This document shows positions 31,555 through 43,230 of a stretch of DNA of 64,000 bases, in pieces. The notes under the pieces are model-generated. The model worked only from the letters and a program-made list of their open reading frames with translations, was not told where the DNA came from and did not search any database. The stretch is taken from NCBI GenBank assembly GCA_000091205.1, contig AP006500.2. The stretch is one strand, 5' to 3'. This DNA is from Cyanidioschyzon merolae (lineage: Eukaryota). Made by a program: the position numbers and the translations under genes. Within the stretch, counting starts at the first letter, position 1. Each line of letters begins with the position of its first letter.

Positions 31555-34500
31555 TTAAGCAATCTTCAAAGGCTTGTCGTTCAGGTATCTCAGTCGCGAT
31601 GTCGCTCTCCGCTTGGTAGCGTTCGAATCATGATGCTCTAGACCAATAAAATTGTGGACATAAGTATCATCGTTCTCGACAATGCAATCCTGCAGGTTGA
31701 TGAGCCCCCGACGCAGCAGTTTCTCTTCCGCCGAAAGCATGGTAGCAGTGTCAACCGCGGCTCCCGTGACGCCCTCTGCAACGCTCGGCTGGCGACCGTT
31801 CGACACAGCCAACTCGGATATCTTTTCAGTGCTTGGTCGCCCTGACTTGGTGGTCTCCGAATGATTCACAGGTTGTTCACCGTGGTGAGCTTTTTCGGTG
31901 TTTTCTGGAGAGCCCAGCGCAGCGGATCGCTCGCTCTCTTCGTGCCCATTGGGTTGCAGGTAGATCACGGGATGCCGCTCCGCTGGACGTACATACAGCA
32001 GGCGCCATTGTCGGAACTCGTTTTCAGGTAGCTGGAGACGTTCTTGAATAAGCGTTTGGAGCTGTTGAACAGGCAAAGTGCCATGGATCTCAGGCGACGG
32101 CACCCGCAGCAAAAACGGCAATCCGAAACTGTTCACCGTCGCAAGACCGCCAGCGGCGTAGTTCTCATCTTGCTGGATCCCGTACAACGGTGGTGACGCA
32201 CTCTTCGATATGTGCGCAACTCGAATGAGCACACAGCCTTGGCGGGAGAGCTCTTCAGGGGTCTCATGAGGCGGAACCGGTTCCGCCAGAATCTCAAAGT
32301 TTTCGCGGTTGCTATCCGGACCCAGAACCGTAACAGTGCGGTCCAAGGGTACGATACCAGCAATTATTTTCTTCTGCCACAGTTCGTGCACTCGTATGCC
32401 TGCGTATTGCGACTGCAACGCCGTACGCTCCGTGACGGACAATTTCGACTCCAGTTCCCGAATCAGGTCCCCGTAGGTAGCGTTCAGCGGCAAGGCGAGC
32501 AGAATTTTTCGTCCAATCATATCGATCGGCGTTGGTCGCCAAGTTATCGTCACTTCCTGCTTGCCCTCGAAGGCTTCCGCATCGGTATCGATGAACTCAT
32601 AGAACAATTTCACAATTCGTTGTTTGGATACGATGCATTCGAGTATTTTCCGCGTTCGAGCACCGCTCATAGGGATCGGATCGGAATCTCTCGGATAGAG
32701 AAAGTCATCTAGCGATGAAAAGCCTCTTCGATGAAAGCGAACTCGGCTAGGTCGCAGATCCTCGGCAGTGACTCCGCAAGTCTGCATCAAATCTAGACCC
32801 TGCTGCTGCTGATGCAGATTGCGCAGTTTCGCGACCAGCAGAGTTCCTAACCCATACTGCGTCAACTGCGTGGATACGTTTCGTAATAGGATCTCTGATG
32901 CATTCTGCTGATCTGAGCCGGGTCCCGATGCGACGGATCCCCCGCGAGAAGGTTCCTCGGTGAGAGGCTCGTCTCCTGCAGCACCGCTCATTCTCTGAAG
33001 AGTAAGCGGAACCAGTCGAACATCGCAACGGTGCCGGAGAAAGTCCCGCGCATCCCAAAACATATGCCGGTAGAGCGCGTTTGCTTGTTCCTCAACTGAG
33101 AGATCCGGATCCTGCAAGATACTTGCGAGCAGCGCAGCACTGGATACCGGTGCTTCGGAATTGTTGCCCGACTCGTTCACGTTCAGTGCCCGAGCCGTCT
33201 GATCAGTTTGCTGCCGAATAGGTGATCGTCTTCCGAATATGATAATATCTCCGCTTTGCAACTGATTACGGGCGGTCGAGAGCGCCACGTCAGAGACGAT
33301 CTCCTTGGCATCCTGACTTGTGACTTCCTCATACCAATAGAGTTCCGACAGCGGTACGCGGGGCAACACATTGCGCTCTCTGAGTAAAGCTACTAGATTC
33401 TGCATCGTGAGATGCATCGGCACAACATCCCAGCCGAGGACGCGAAGCTCGGGAGATTCCCGAGCCGGTGGATCTGCCGATTCATACCATTTGAAGAGCA
33501 TGAGACACTCTCGTTTGTCAAACAGGGCCGCCAAGCGGACCGGTTCCTGGCGGACGTCGATGAACAAGTTCACCGCATGGATCGAGCTACCCATGCTACC
33601 GGGACTTGCCCCAGCTTGATTGTTGCGGGCGATTGCTCGATCATTCCATGCCCTCTCGAGTGGCTCCTCATGGTTTCCATCGTTGAGAAGGCGACTTGGC
33701 CGAATGGTCTGATTGATGCGCGCCACAAACGTCCAAACGAGCATTCTCTGGCAAGCGTCCCCGTCGAAGTTCTCGTTCGACAGCGCACTGCTCGCATCGA
33801 TGCCTTCAGGACTGAGTACCTCTTTCAAGAGCATTTGCTTGAATTCACCCAAAAGCATACTACGTCGAACCCGTAGAATGAGGCCCTGATTCAGATCCGT
33901 CCAGTCCAGTCCGTGATAGCCCTTCTGCATTGCCGGCGTAATCAGGCGGATGTTCATCATCTGGCGCAGCTCCTCTCGTTCGCGAATCTTTTTCTCTTCC
34001 AGCTCCTTTTCCAAAGCGATTCGCTGCCGCAACGCCTCCGGGACATCAGCCTCTGTGGACGCACCCAAGTAAATGTGCGCATCCTTCTTGCGAACGTACT
34101 GGAGCATGTAAGCATTGGTAAAGCGACGTTGTGGCGGAAAGGGTACACCGTTCGCCGCGAGTGGTGCCCCAAAGTTGTCTTCAACGGCTTCAGACTCCGT
34201 AACGCGCAGGACTCGTTCGTCATCGAATTTGAACCAAATCTTAGAGCCCTCCTCCGTTCCAGGGTCCGGCCTGATATAGGCGTGGTAGTGACCTCCATGT
34301 ACGTCGCCCATATGAACTAGAACCGCATGCAACACATAAATGTATTCTTCATCGTCGGCTCCAGTGGAGCCATCTACAAACTCACCCAGTTTGATTTCCG
34401 GGTAGAATTCATAGCGATCGTTGATTTTCACCATCATATCACGATTGAAGTCGTACTCAAATCTTTTCAAGTGAAGCTGGAGAACCGGTGGTAACTTGAT

Positions 34501-36405
34501 GAACTGGACCCCCATTTTTGCATCCTGTAGACCGAATCCATCCGCGTAGTACTTGTTGTCGCCCTCTAACGTCTCCACCTCGATGTACTTCCGAAAAGAG
34601 TCGTACAGATCCTTGCATCCCTTCACGTTCAAAGATAGGTCATAGAAGCACTCATCGTGCGAACTCTCAAAATCGACATGAACACATTTGATAAAGCGCT
34701 TCGCCTGACCCTGAAAGAGGCGCGCGATCGTGCCCTCCAAAGGTGTGCCTTTCATGCGCTCCTCCAGTGTATCGCAGAGCAGTCGATTCAGTTCCTGCGC
34801 ATCGTGCTGTGTGAAGGCATCGGCGTCCGTCCAACCGAAAGCGTTTGTTAGCTCTTTGGTGGTCACACATTGGTCTTCATGTTGAAGATCAAAGAACACC
34901 CGCTGGAGCGCAAAAGTGAGCGGCGTCCCCGTAGAAGTCTCGGATGCAGGTGCCTGGCTGTCGAGGCCCCGATCCACCATTTCAGCCGCTTCACCTTCAA
35001 GCGGTGGCAGGGGCAACTCATAAACTGCGCGCCGGAACGCCCCGATGTTGTACAGCGTCTGAAGTAGGGAGTTCATATAACAAGTTGCGCCTTGATTCCT
35101 GAGACCCACAAAACCCGTCTCTCTCTTGGAGTCGTACTGCTCACTGAAAGTATACGAGTCCTTGTCGAACTCGATCCAGACGCGAAAGATAATCTGATCG
35201 TGAATGAGCCATCCAAAGCGGGGACTTTCCAACTCTGCACATGGGGCGAACTCTTGAAAGCCCCAGTCACTCTCCCGTGGCGAAAACATGTGTCCAGCCA
35301 TCTCACGCCGAATAATCGGCGGACGCACTCCAGTTTGATTCTTCAGTGCGAGCTGGAAGCGCGCATGTGATCGCCAACTCTTTTTCTGCTCCTCCCTAGC
35401 AGAGTCGAGCGGGCTACACTCCAGAAAAACAGACATGAATTTTCCCTCTGGGTCGCCGTTACCGCGTGGAAAAATCAGCAAGCGCCACTGGAACCCAAAG
35501 GCCTCCAGCCAAGGCGATGTGACGCGAAGTCGACCGGCTACGCCACCACCTCCACTACGCTGGTCCATATTCTGTCTGTACACCGGGCTCCGCAGCAGTT
35601 TGGTCACATCTCTGAGCACATATTCGAAAACAACGATAGCATTGGAAACGAGTCTACTGCATAGGTCCCGGTGGTTCCGCGTGTCCAGCTCCATATCGAT
35701 AAAGTCGCTCTCCGGCACACTGGGAACGCTGCGCATTGGACGTGCGGGCCCGATCTCATCGAAGGAGCCAGCGGTAGAGGAATCCGCAGCATTTTCCACA
35801 TCCACCACACCAGAACGAATCAGAGGCCGCATATGATCCAGACGATCGGTCGTACCGTCACTGTCTTCGCAGTTACCGTCGCCATGACTGGTTGAGGATA
35901 CAAACGAGTCCTCCTCCACGTCGTCCTCGCCTTCGCAGTCTCCCGTCTCATCGTCAGCGCGAACCCCGTAGGGCTCGGAACCCCTGTCTGGTGCTGCTAG
36001 GGAAAAGTACGGGTTCAGGGGCTGTCTTCGGACTGCTGCAGGCGCGGCTATCCGCCGCTGCGTTGTTGTTTCCCCGAGGAACGTCAACTCATCGTCACCG
36101 ACGCAGACCCACGGTTGTGTCTCGGGGCTTTGTGAACGATCCAACAACTGTTCACCGCCAGTATTCTTATCTATCCGGGCCGAATCGGGCAACATCGTCT
36201 CCATAGGAACATCTTGCGGGGAAGCGCTCAACGGCTGTTGTTCCGCAGCCGCGGGAGCGCCCAGTGCCCGAGGCTGCCGCATATCACCTGTTTGCGCAGG
36301 TGTCCGACGAGCTTGGTTCCTCATCGGAGAGCAAACTCCAGTATTCCGACTCTTATTCCTTCCAGAAAAGTTGCTCTCCCAGTTCAAAGAGTTCCCAAAC
36401 TCCAA
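31555..36405 (-). CDS. USP7: Ubiquitin carboxyl-terminal hydrolase, USP7/HAUSP-type (MATH domain + USP catalytic domain + long C-terminal UBL region)
   Basis: MATH/TRAF-like domain (GFQWRLLIFPRGNG…WGFQEF). USP Cys box (GLRNQGATCYMNSLLQTLY) and His box (GGHYHAYIRPD…WFKFDDERV). 1616 aa. Confidence 0.85.
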   Translation of the reverse strand: MEFGNSLNWESNFSGRNKSRNTGVCSPMRNQARRTPAQTGDMRQPRALGAPAAAEQQPLSASPQDVPMETMLPDSARIDKNTGGEQLLDRSQSPETQPWVCVGDDELTFLGETTTQRRIAAPAAVRRQPLNPYFSLAAPDRGSEPYGVRADDETGDCEGEDDVEEDSFVSSTSHGDGNCEDSDGTTDRLDHMRPLIRSGVVDVENAADSSTAGSFDEIGPARPMRSVPSVPESDFIDMELDTRNHRDLCSRLVSNAIVVFEYVLRDVTKLLRSPVYRQNMDQRSGGGGVAGRLRVTSPWLEAFGFQWRLLIFPRGNGDPEGKFMSVFLECSPLDSAREEQKKSWRSHARFQLALKNQTGVRPPIIRREMAGHMFSPRESDWGFQEFAPCAELESPRFGWLIHDQIIFRVWIEFDKDSYTFSEQYDSKRETGFVGLRNQGATCYMNSLLQTLYNIGAFRRAVYELPLPPLEGEAAEMVDRGLDSQAPASETSTGTPLTFALQRVFFDLQHEDQCVTTKELTNAFGWTDADAFTQHDAQELNRLLCDTLEERMKGTPLEGTIARLFQGQAKRFIKCVHVDFESSHDECFYDLSLNVKGCKDLYDSFRKYIEVETLEGDNKYYADGFGLQDAKMGVQFIKLPPVLQLHLKRFEYDFNRDMMVKINDRYEFYPEIKLGEFVDGSTGADDEEYIYVLHAVLVHMGDVHGGHYHAYIRPDPGTEEGSKIWFKFDDERVLRVTESEAVEDNFGAPLAANGVPFPPQRRFTNAYMLQYVRKKDAHIYLGASTEADVPEALRQRIALEKELEEKKIREREELRQMMNIRLITPAMQKGYHGLDWTDLNQGLILRVRRSMLLGEFKQMLLKEVLSPEGIDASSALSNENFDGDACQRMLVWTFVARINQTIRPSRLLNDGNHEEPLERAWNDRAIARNNQAGASPGSMGSSIHAVNLFIDVRQEPVRLAALFDKRECLMLFKWYESADPPARESPELRVLGWDVVPMHLTMQNLVALLRERNVLPRVPLSELYWYEEVTSQDAKEIVSDVALSTARNQLQSGDIIIFGRRSPIRQQTDQTARALNVNESGNNSEAPVSSAALLASILQDPDLSVEEQANALYRHMFWDARDFLRHRCDVRLVPLTLQRMSGAAGDEPLTEEPSRGGSVASGPGSDQQNASEILLRNVSTQLTQYGLGTLLVAKLRNLHQQQQGLDLMQTCGVTAEDLRPSRVRFHRRGFSSLDDFLYPRDSDPIPMSGARTRKILECIVSKQRIVKLFYEFIDTDAEAFEGKQEVTITWRPTPIDMIGRKILLALPLNATYGDLIRELESKLSVTERTALQSQYAGIRVHELWQKKIIAGIVPLDRTVTVLGPDSNRENFEILAEPVPPHETPEELSRQGCVLIRVAHISKSASPPLYGIQQDENYAAGGLATVNSFGLPFLLRVPSPEIHGTLPVQQLQTLIQERLQLPENEFRQWRLLYVRPAERHPVIYLQPNGHEESERSAALGSPENTEKAHHGEQPVNHSETTKSGRPSTEKISELAVSNGRQPSVAEGVTGAAVDTATMLSAEEKLLRRGLINLQDCIVENDDTYVHNFIGLEHHDSNATKRRATSRLRYLNDKPLKIA

Positions 36406-37519
36406 AAAGCCGTATTATCTGGGCCAGGCACCCCTACTGTGCAGCTCTCAAGAAGCACCGCAGAATGACAGGCACCAACGACAGCAGCACTGATTCTGAT
36501 CAATCAGAGCGTGCTGCTGCGCTCCGGACGGGTGCTGTGCGCTGAGCGCAGTACACCTGCCTTTCTAGAGGCGTATCGGGATATCGCTTTCTTTATCGTG
36601 AGGTATCCCAGATCCCTGGTTATCAGAGTGTATCCGGGTTGGATCAGCACCTTCAGTGACACTCGTTGGCTTCCATGGTAACTGAGCGGGCTGGGGCGTA
36701 CTGGAGCTGTTCTTCGTAAAGGCGCTAGCAGCGATCGGCTCTCTCGCCGTTTGAAAGGTGCGGTCTGGCGGGTTTCTTTCGCTTCAAGTCTGCTTTGTTT
36801 GGAGCGTTTCTGAGAACGAGAGCCTAAAACCAGGTCATTGTGGCACATGGGGACGGAAACGTTGAAACTGACCAAGGGCTGCAAAAGTGCGGGGCGATAA
36901 ACTTGGGGAAACACCGCTTCTGGAATCGACACATGTTCCAGCGGACGCTGTGCGCTTTGGGCTATCTCTGTTGAACGATACTTCGGTAAATTTGGCAGGT
37001 TGATAAAGCTCGAAAGAATTTTCCCAAATAGGTTTTTCGGAAAAGAACAGGTATCTTTTTGGGCATTTGCATGAAATGTCGATGCACAAGTCCTGGGGAA
37101 CCCAGCGCTGCTGGCTCACGCCGTGTGAAAGATAAAAACGTTGTTGGTTATTGTAGTAAATCTGGGGTTCGAGAGCACTGCGGCTTGTCGGCATTGTCTT
37201 CAAGGGGGCATGGGATTACGCTTGCGTCCGCATTCCGTTGAACTTTCGCCGGTGAAGACGAACTCGCAGCTTTTACAGTTTCATCCATGAGTGCATTTGG
37301 CTTGCGAAATTTATCATCTCTGCTCAGATCTTCTCAGTGTCTCCATATGCTTGAAAGTTCTATTTGTGTAAAACTCTAGAAAACCGTCTATGCAGTTACC
37401 ACTGCAGGTTTGAACAGGTCTACGGAACATGCGACATATGAACGAGCGGCAGCGTATTGACGTGCCCGCTTCCATTTGCTCTGAACAACTGTTGCATCGA
37501 ACCAGTCGTCTTTTTCCTG

Positions 37520-38800
37520 TCTTTGTGTTTCGGTGGAACATTTATTGAGATGTGCTGCCTCGGCATTCGAAGTGCGGCAATAATTGCTGACGGATTCATA
37601 TGTTGTTATAGGATTCATAGTCGACTTTTCGGATTGGCTCCTTAGATTCTTTGCTGCTGGATTTTTCCCGTCACTGTTATCAAGCTGATTCGCCACGATG
37701 TCGAATCATAATTCATAAAGTAGCGGATATACTTATCCAATTTGTACGTACAAGCCTCCACCTATCTCCTTTCCTTCAATACAGCATACCCGAATTGCCT
37801 AATCTCCATATTTTCGATGGTTGTATTCAAAACAGCTCTCGGATGTCGCAATACGCACCGCTGGACTCACGACAAAAGGTACTCAACATCGCCCCCTGAC
37901 GAGTCGTTCACAAATTCATACAGTAACCTCACTGAAGCTGTCACAAACCAATCGAATCCGTTCGAAAAATAAACCCGCCCTTCTTTGTGGCAATCGACGA
38001 AACAAAATTAAAAAGCAGCTTAATCCCTTGATGGGGCATGCCACCAGAGAAAAACATATATTTTGTTTGCGTGGAAAAGGGTATTGGATTCTAACTTGAA
38101 GGCACGAAGCAATCGCTTGAGGTGAAGAGTGCGTCAACGCTTCGCTCGAAAGGAGTTTAGATGGAGCGAGATTTCACAACTTCAACACCAGTCAAGATTT
38201 TCGCTCGGGTGCTATTTCTATGATAAACAATATCATTGTCCACAGTGACACAGAATGCGACACAGTGCGCTCGCGTGTGAAGCGGATAGAGTCCTTGCAC
38301 AGGCAATCGCCTAGAAGAAGCAAATGATTCCGGGATATGGGAGCGGGCGCGGGAATGAACGAGGGTGTCCAGGCAAGCCTTCTGTACCCATCAAGGGCAT
38401 TAACCGTGCCCTGAGACGGGTCTTCATGCGCCGTCATGTGACCATCTGTGACGGACGTGTGGTGGACATACGGAAATACCTCTAGGTCGTCACATGTCGC
38501 GGCTGCGAAGGGCACACCGATGCCGTGTACGAAGAAAATGTAACAGCAGTCGAAGCGTACGTCTCAATTTCCGCCAGTGCGGAAATACGTAGAAAACAGC
38601 AAGAAGCCTCGAATTCAGGACTTGAACGTTGCGATCAATACCCATGGACGGCTGACCACGCAGCTGGAGGAAGAAGAAAGACCGGCGTACATAAAGGCGG
38701 ATATGAAAAAAAATGGAAATGAAGCAATCGCAGTGAAAGACCCGAAAGGCAAGTATTGAAAACAATCGAAAGACCCCAAAACTTACCGGTGTAAGCACGA
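37520..38800 (+). repeat. Diverged copy (E1) of the ~1.4-kb IR-arm repeat family
   Basis: Block-wise co-linear similarity to 48336-49747 over about 1.3 kb. Examples: tcgaagtgcggcaataattgctgacggattcatatg // tcgaattgcagtaatacgggcatacagattcatata; caccgctggactcacgacaaaaggtactcaacatcgcccc // cgccgctggactggcgaagaatgctgcttgacgtcgcccc; ctttgtggcaatcgacgaaac // ctttgtggtcatcgacgaagc; ccttctgtacccatcaagggcattaaccgtgc // ccttctgtacccttcaagcgcatgaaccgagc. Confidence 0.6.
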
Positions 38801-39045
38801 ATGAGCTAGTCGGAGTTGCACCATTTCGTTCTGAAAAGTGTGGATAATTTGCACGCAGTTTGTTCCGTTGTCAACAGTGATGCCTCGCCAGATTTCTGAG
38901 CATCTCGACGATGCATGACAGCACAAGGAAGTTTCGGTGTTGCTATTCAGACTCTAATTATAAATATGACCAAGAGCACCACCGATCAAACAGCTATGCT
39001 GGCCGAGGCCGCGGAGTCCACGAATGCGGCTGACGGTGCGCTAAA

Positions 39046-42000
39046 CTCAGACCAGTGAATCCTGGAACACCTGGACCAGCAGCCCATATTTGTTTCCGAT
39101 CGTCTCTCTCGCAGATATGCAACTGACAGTGGCGTCCTTTGGATATGCAAAAAGTCGCGGATAGTCGTCCCGCTGGCACTGCTAGCTTGCGCGGAGACGG
39201 TCTTGAATGTACAAGTCATTCATTCTGTGATCAACAGGCGGGTCAGTCTCGCTTGAGCGGGTCGTTCTCCTGCCGCTCATGATCCCAAAATAGGGCCTTC
39301 CAAGTGCTATCGACATGACTGTCTCTCCATCAGTGTACGCCAGTCCACAGATGCTCAAAGAAACGGTATCAGAAAACCCACTGGATGCGAATTTTCCATA
39401 CCCTTGATATGAGCCGTGGTGAAGCGACATGGATGGGCAAAGAGAAAAAAAGGTGCCTCCCCAGGAGACCGTCACGAGCTGGACATTTTCGATTCCGCAT
39501 TGATAGGCGAACGCTTATGACAGGAGCGACCGGTACTCGCCTCTCTCGGCAACAGCTCTTTCGTGAAAAACGGAGGATCTAACCGTAGATACGCAAAGCG
39601 GTGCGAAATGCCTCTCGTAAAGCCTCGACCGGTGAGCGTAGCGACGACAACATCAGCCCCAGCGGCGATTCAAGCATGTAGTCGCCTGAGTATCGGCAAA
39701 CAGGCAGACTCAAGCAACACGTCTGCCTCCCTTCTTCGAAGCACTCTGTGGCCTCTGCTTCTCGCGTTATTCTGTCCTGCGGGTAGGCCACGTTGCTTGC
39801 TGTGACGCAAAGGCGCTCCACGAGTGCGCAGCTGAGACGAGCGTTGAGCTGGTGTTCGCTTCAGCCTGGAAGTGCACGCTCAGTCCAGTTGGAAGCGTCT
39901 TCTCTGTCCTCCGTCGCCATGCTTTCCCTCAGGATGCGTTCCATAAAAACGCTCGGATGCGTGACGCTGTCCTTGGACAAGTCGTTTTCAGTCTTCGTCA
40001 GCGTTGAACGACTCTGGTGCTGAGCGGGTCGCCTGCGGGGAGGGATCGGTGAAGCGCGCCTCAGGCGTTTGGCACGCTCGCGGCTGAGAAGCTCGTGGAA
40101 AAGGCAGCTGCGGGATCGGAAACATATATACGCGGGGAGGCAAGTTGCTGGCTCGCCGTCCATCCACGGGGTCTGACTGCCGGTGTAAGAAAATGGAAGT
40201 GGAGTGCGACGTGCACATCCACGCTACCCGCCACGAAAGGAGAATGCGAAGCAACCACCTGACAGAAAAGAGAAGGATCCCAGCCGCAAAGAGGACGACG
40301 AGAGTCAGGAAGGAAACCCTGCGCACTGGAAAGGCCAGTCCGAAACCAGCGCCTACACGTCGGTGCCAGAACGCATCAACGGAAAAAATTCTCCGAGTAC
40401 GTGAGATGCCCAGGGCTATTAGGTATTGCGTAGAATGTGGTTGTCGGAAGGCTCGCCTAGCTCTCCCCGAATGGATGCCCCTCGTGCAGCAACTGGCGGC
40501 AAGGGTTTCGGAGGCAGCGCTGCCAGCAGTTCGCATTCGTAGGGAGTTTTTGGTCAAACCCTCGAGCGACAGCACTAGGAATGCTCCGCTCCGAGCATGC
40601 CAGCGGGCCTGTTCGTGGTGTCATTGACCAATACACACGCTGGCCGGCATCCGTTTCTGCGCTGCACTACATGGTTGCTCGGCCCATGGACAGCGTAGGT
40701 GCCAGGAAAAGTTTCGCCCAAACCTCAGAACCCATAGCCAAGAGCGGGTCCGTGGCGACTACCCTACGAGGCGCACCCCAGAGGCGTTGTACTCGTTGCG
40801 TCCACAGCGTTGTGGTCGACGAAATGTTGGCGACTGACGCAAGCGGCTCTTGGGATGTCCGTGGAGGCACGTGACGAGCTGGCTCCGGACGAGAAGGTGC
40901 TGGAAGCGAGCTCGGAGATGTCGCATCGAGAACGAGCGACGCTCCAGATCGTCCGAGCTCATGGAGTAGGTTTCTGTTCCGGAGCTGGGCACGTCGTCTC
41001 GGAAGGATTACGCGGGCGTTGACCTGGCCTAACTTGCATCCTGCGCTGCTAGGTTTTCGCGAACGCGGCGCTCCACCGCAAGGCAGACCCTCTGGTCGTA
41101 TGTGAGCGCCTTTGCATCCTCAAACCCCTGGTCGATACGGTCCCCGCATTTCGGGGCAAAGCCCATGATACCACCGTGCATATTTGTGTGGTGTACGACG
41201 TCCTCAGTGGTCTACGATGTGTGCGCACGAGCAGCTAGGGGGCACTCTACCTATTTCGGGCAGAGCGTTGGCGGGGCTCGTTCATCGCCACTCGTTGGCT
41301 GGGAAAACACGGAAAGCGATGTACAGGGGCCTTGGAGACGCGCACGGCACATCAAACAGCATGCACTTTGCGAAACCCCGGCCCGCTCGGAGCAACGAGA
41401 CTCATATTCAACCGCTTACGGAAAACGAACGTGAAGGCTTCGTGGTGCGCGTGGATGCCGTTTCTGAGGGCGCCGTGGCCGTCACCGTGCCCGTTCGTCA
41501 CGGGGCAGCGCCAGAGACCTGAACGGAAAGCAAATGAGTCTGCTCCACGCCTCCAGGGCCCGGTATCATCCGGAGTTGGACGTGAACGACGCCAGCAGGC
41601 GTACCAACTCGTGGAATGACGACGTAAAGACCTGTCGTGACGCGCTGAGTACGGTATCGGGCAAAAGGAGATGCACTGCGCACCTCATTCATAACGGGTA
41701 TGAGCGACTAGATCGCTCATGCGGACGAGCCATGGCAGAGGAACGCGGGACCGAGCTCGAGTCTCCAACAGTCGCAACCGCTCGCGGGCACGAGGCGGGT
41801 ATTCGCAAGCTTCCTCAAAGCACTGGAAACGGAACTGGCCGATCGGTTGCATCTTATAAAGATAGTGCATGGCGGTGGACGCGCTCTAGTTGCAGAACTG
41901 GACTGTCGTCGATAACGCACAAGGGATCCGCGAACCGGCACTGAAGTGCTCTCGGTGATGAGCTCTGGACGAGATTCTCACATCGCGAGCACAGAGACAC

Positions 42001-42468
42001 GCTGAAACTGCCGGTGAAGACGATTTGGAAACGGAGCCAGACGTATGAGATGACGTACGCTGAGTTCATTGAGCTCCAGGTGGCAATGCACTCACAGTTG
42101 AGACGCTTGCTGTGGAGTGTCTCCATCACGAACGGGAAACGCGTCCAGTTTCTGAACCGAGATTTGAGCGCCCATATCAGCATCTGGAACTGCATCGTTC
42201 TTCAGGAGCGTCCATCGGCTTTACTTCAGGCGAGGCTTCGATTCGATTGTCTAGTATGCAGTGTGGGTATTGTGCTGGAATGCTGCGGACTCTCGATGAA
42301 AAACATCATGTATCATCAGAGCGGCGATTAAGTCCCCGCTTGGAGCAAGCCACTTGTATGGTACGGTCTGCACTGTATCAAGGCCGGACTGCCATATACC
42401 TTCGCCACGAACAATGTTCGTGGGTAATTGTGGAACACTCATCGTATTCCTTACTTGGGTATTACGGA
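39046..42468. repeat. 3.4-kb dispersed repeat R, copy 2
   Basis: Full-length direct copy of 21761-25185 with about 98-99% identity, inferred from duplicated ORF translations that differ only by point substitutions. Flanks are unrelated. Confidence 0.9.
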
Positions 42469-42784
42469 GTATAGCGCTGTAGCAAACGAGGCTGGCGCTG
42501 CAGTGCGTGGCATTCAAACATGACTCTGCGCTGGCCTTGAATTTCGTCCGGGCGGCATTCCGGTACAGTCTCGAAAACTTTCTCTGTGCAGCAGCGTGCA
42601 GCTGTCTGCAACTTTAGTTTGAGTTACCGCGCTATTACGTTCATATTCTGTACAGCACTCTTTTGCAGCGGTAGAGCTAGTTCTCTGTACAGCTGCGTAC
42701 TTTTATATATATATGAATACGCTCTGCGGGGCGAAAATGTTTCGCGAACATGAGGTAAACTCATGTCCAGTCACCGACGCCTTC

Positions 42785-43230
42785 CGGCCTTTATTGGCCG
42801 GCCCCGTGCCATCGGTGTCAGCTTCTCGTTGTTAACTTCAAGTACAAGAGGCTGCCCCAAAAAGCTCGCCCGCGTTAGCTCCTCGGGTGTTGTCTTCAGC
42901 GCCGCATATCCTTTAATATTGATGGCGGCGTTAAAGTGACTTTTCAATTACTCCCTGCGTCTAATGCCTCTGGTGGAACTCACCAATGCAGGGATTCCTC
43001 AAAATTCGTGCCCTCTGCGCTGGTACGGTATCATCATCATCCCGTCCGTTAAACACCGTTTCTCGCATACCTACCGTGTTCTTTTCCGCCCCACGGTCTG
43101 CAAGGCGAGGTCTCCTTTCGATTTTTTCCGCCAGACAGCTATGACTCGCCTCCAGGATCCCTGACAGCCGTATCAATGACGCTCCCTTCGATTTTGTATT
43201 TTTGAAAATGAACGCATTTCATATGCATCT
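42785..43230 (-). mobile_element. Degraded 3' portion of a Fanzor/TnpB-like element (RuvC-III region + downstream module)
   Basis: Minus strand encodes …GEFHQRH / (frameshift) SHFNAAINIKGYAALKTTPEELTRASFLGQPL…. This is homologous at protein and DNA level to 9334-9400, to 45560-45700 and to 58560-58720. It is interrupted by a stop and a frameshift. Confidence 0.6.

Noticed and set aside
37300-38900. Relatively AT-rich ~1.5-kb block as a candidate centromere or origin
   Set aside because: It is only modestly AT-enriched (about 50%) and is largely explained by the diverged E1 copy of the IR-arm repeat family.
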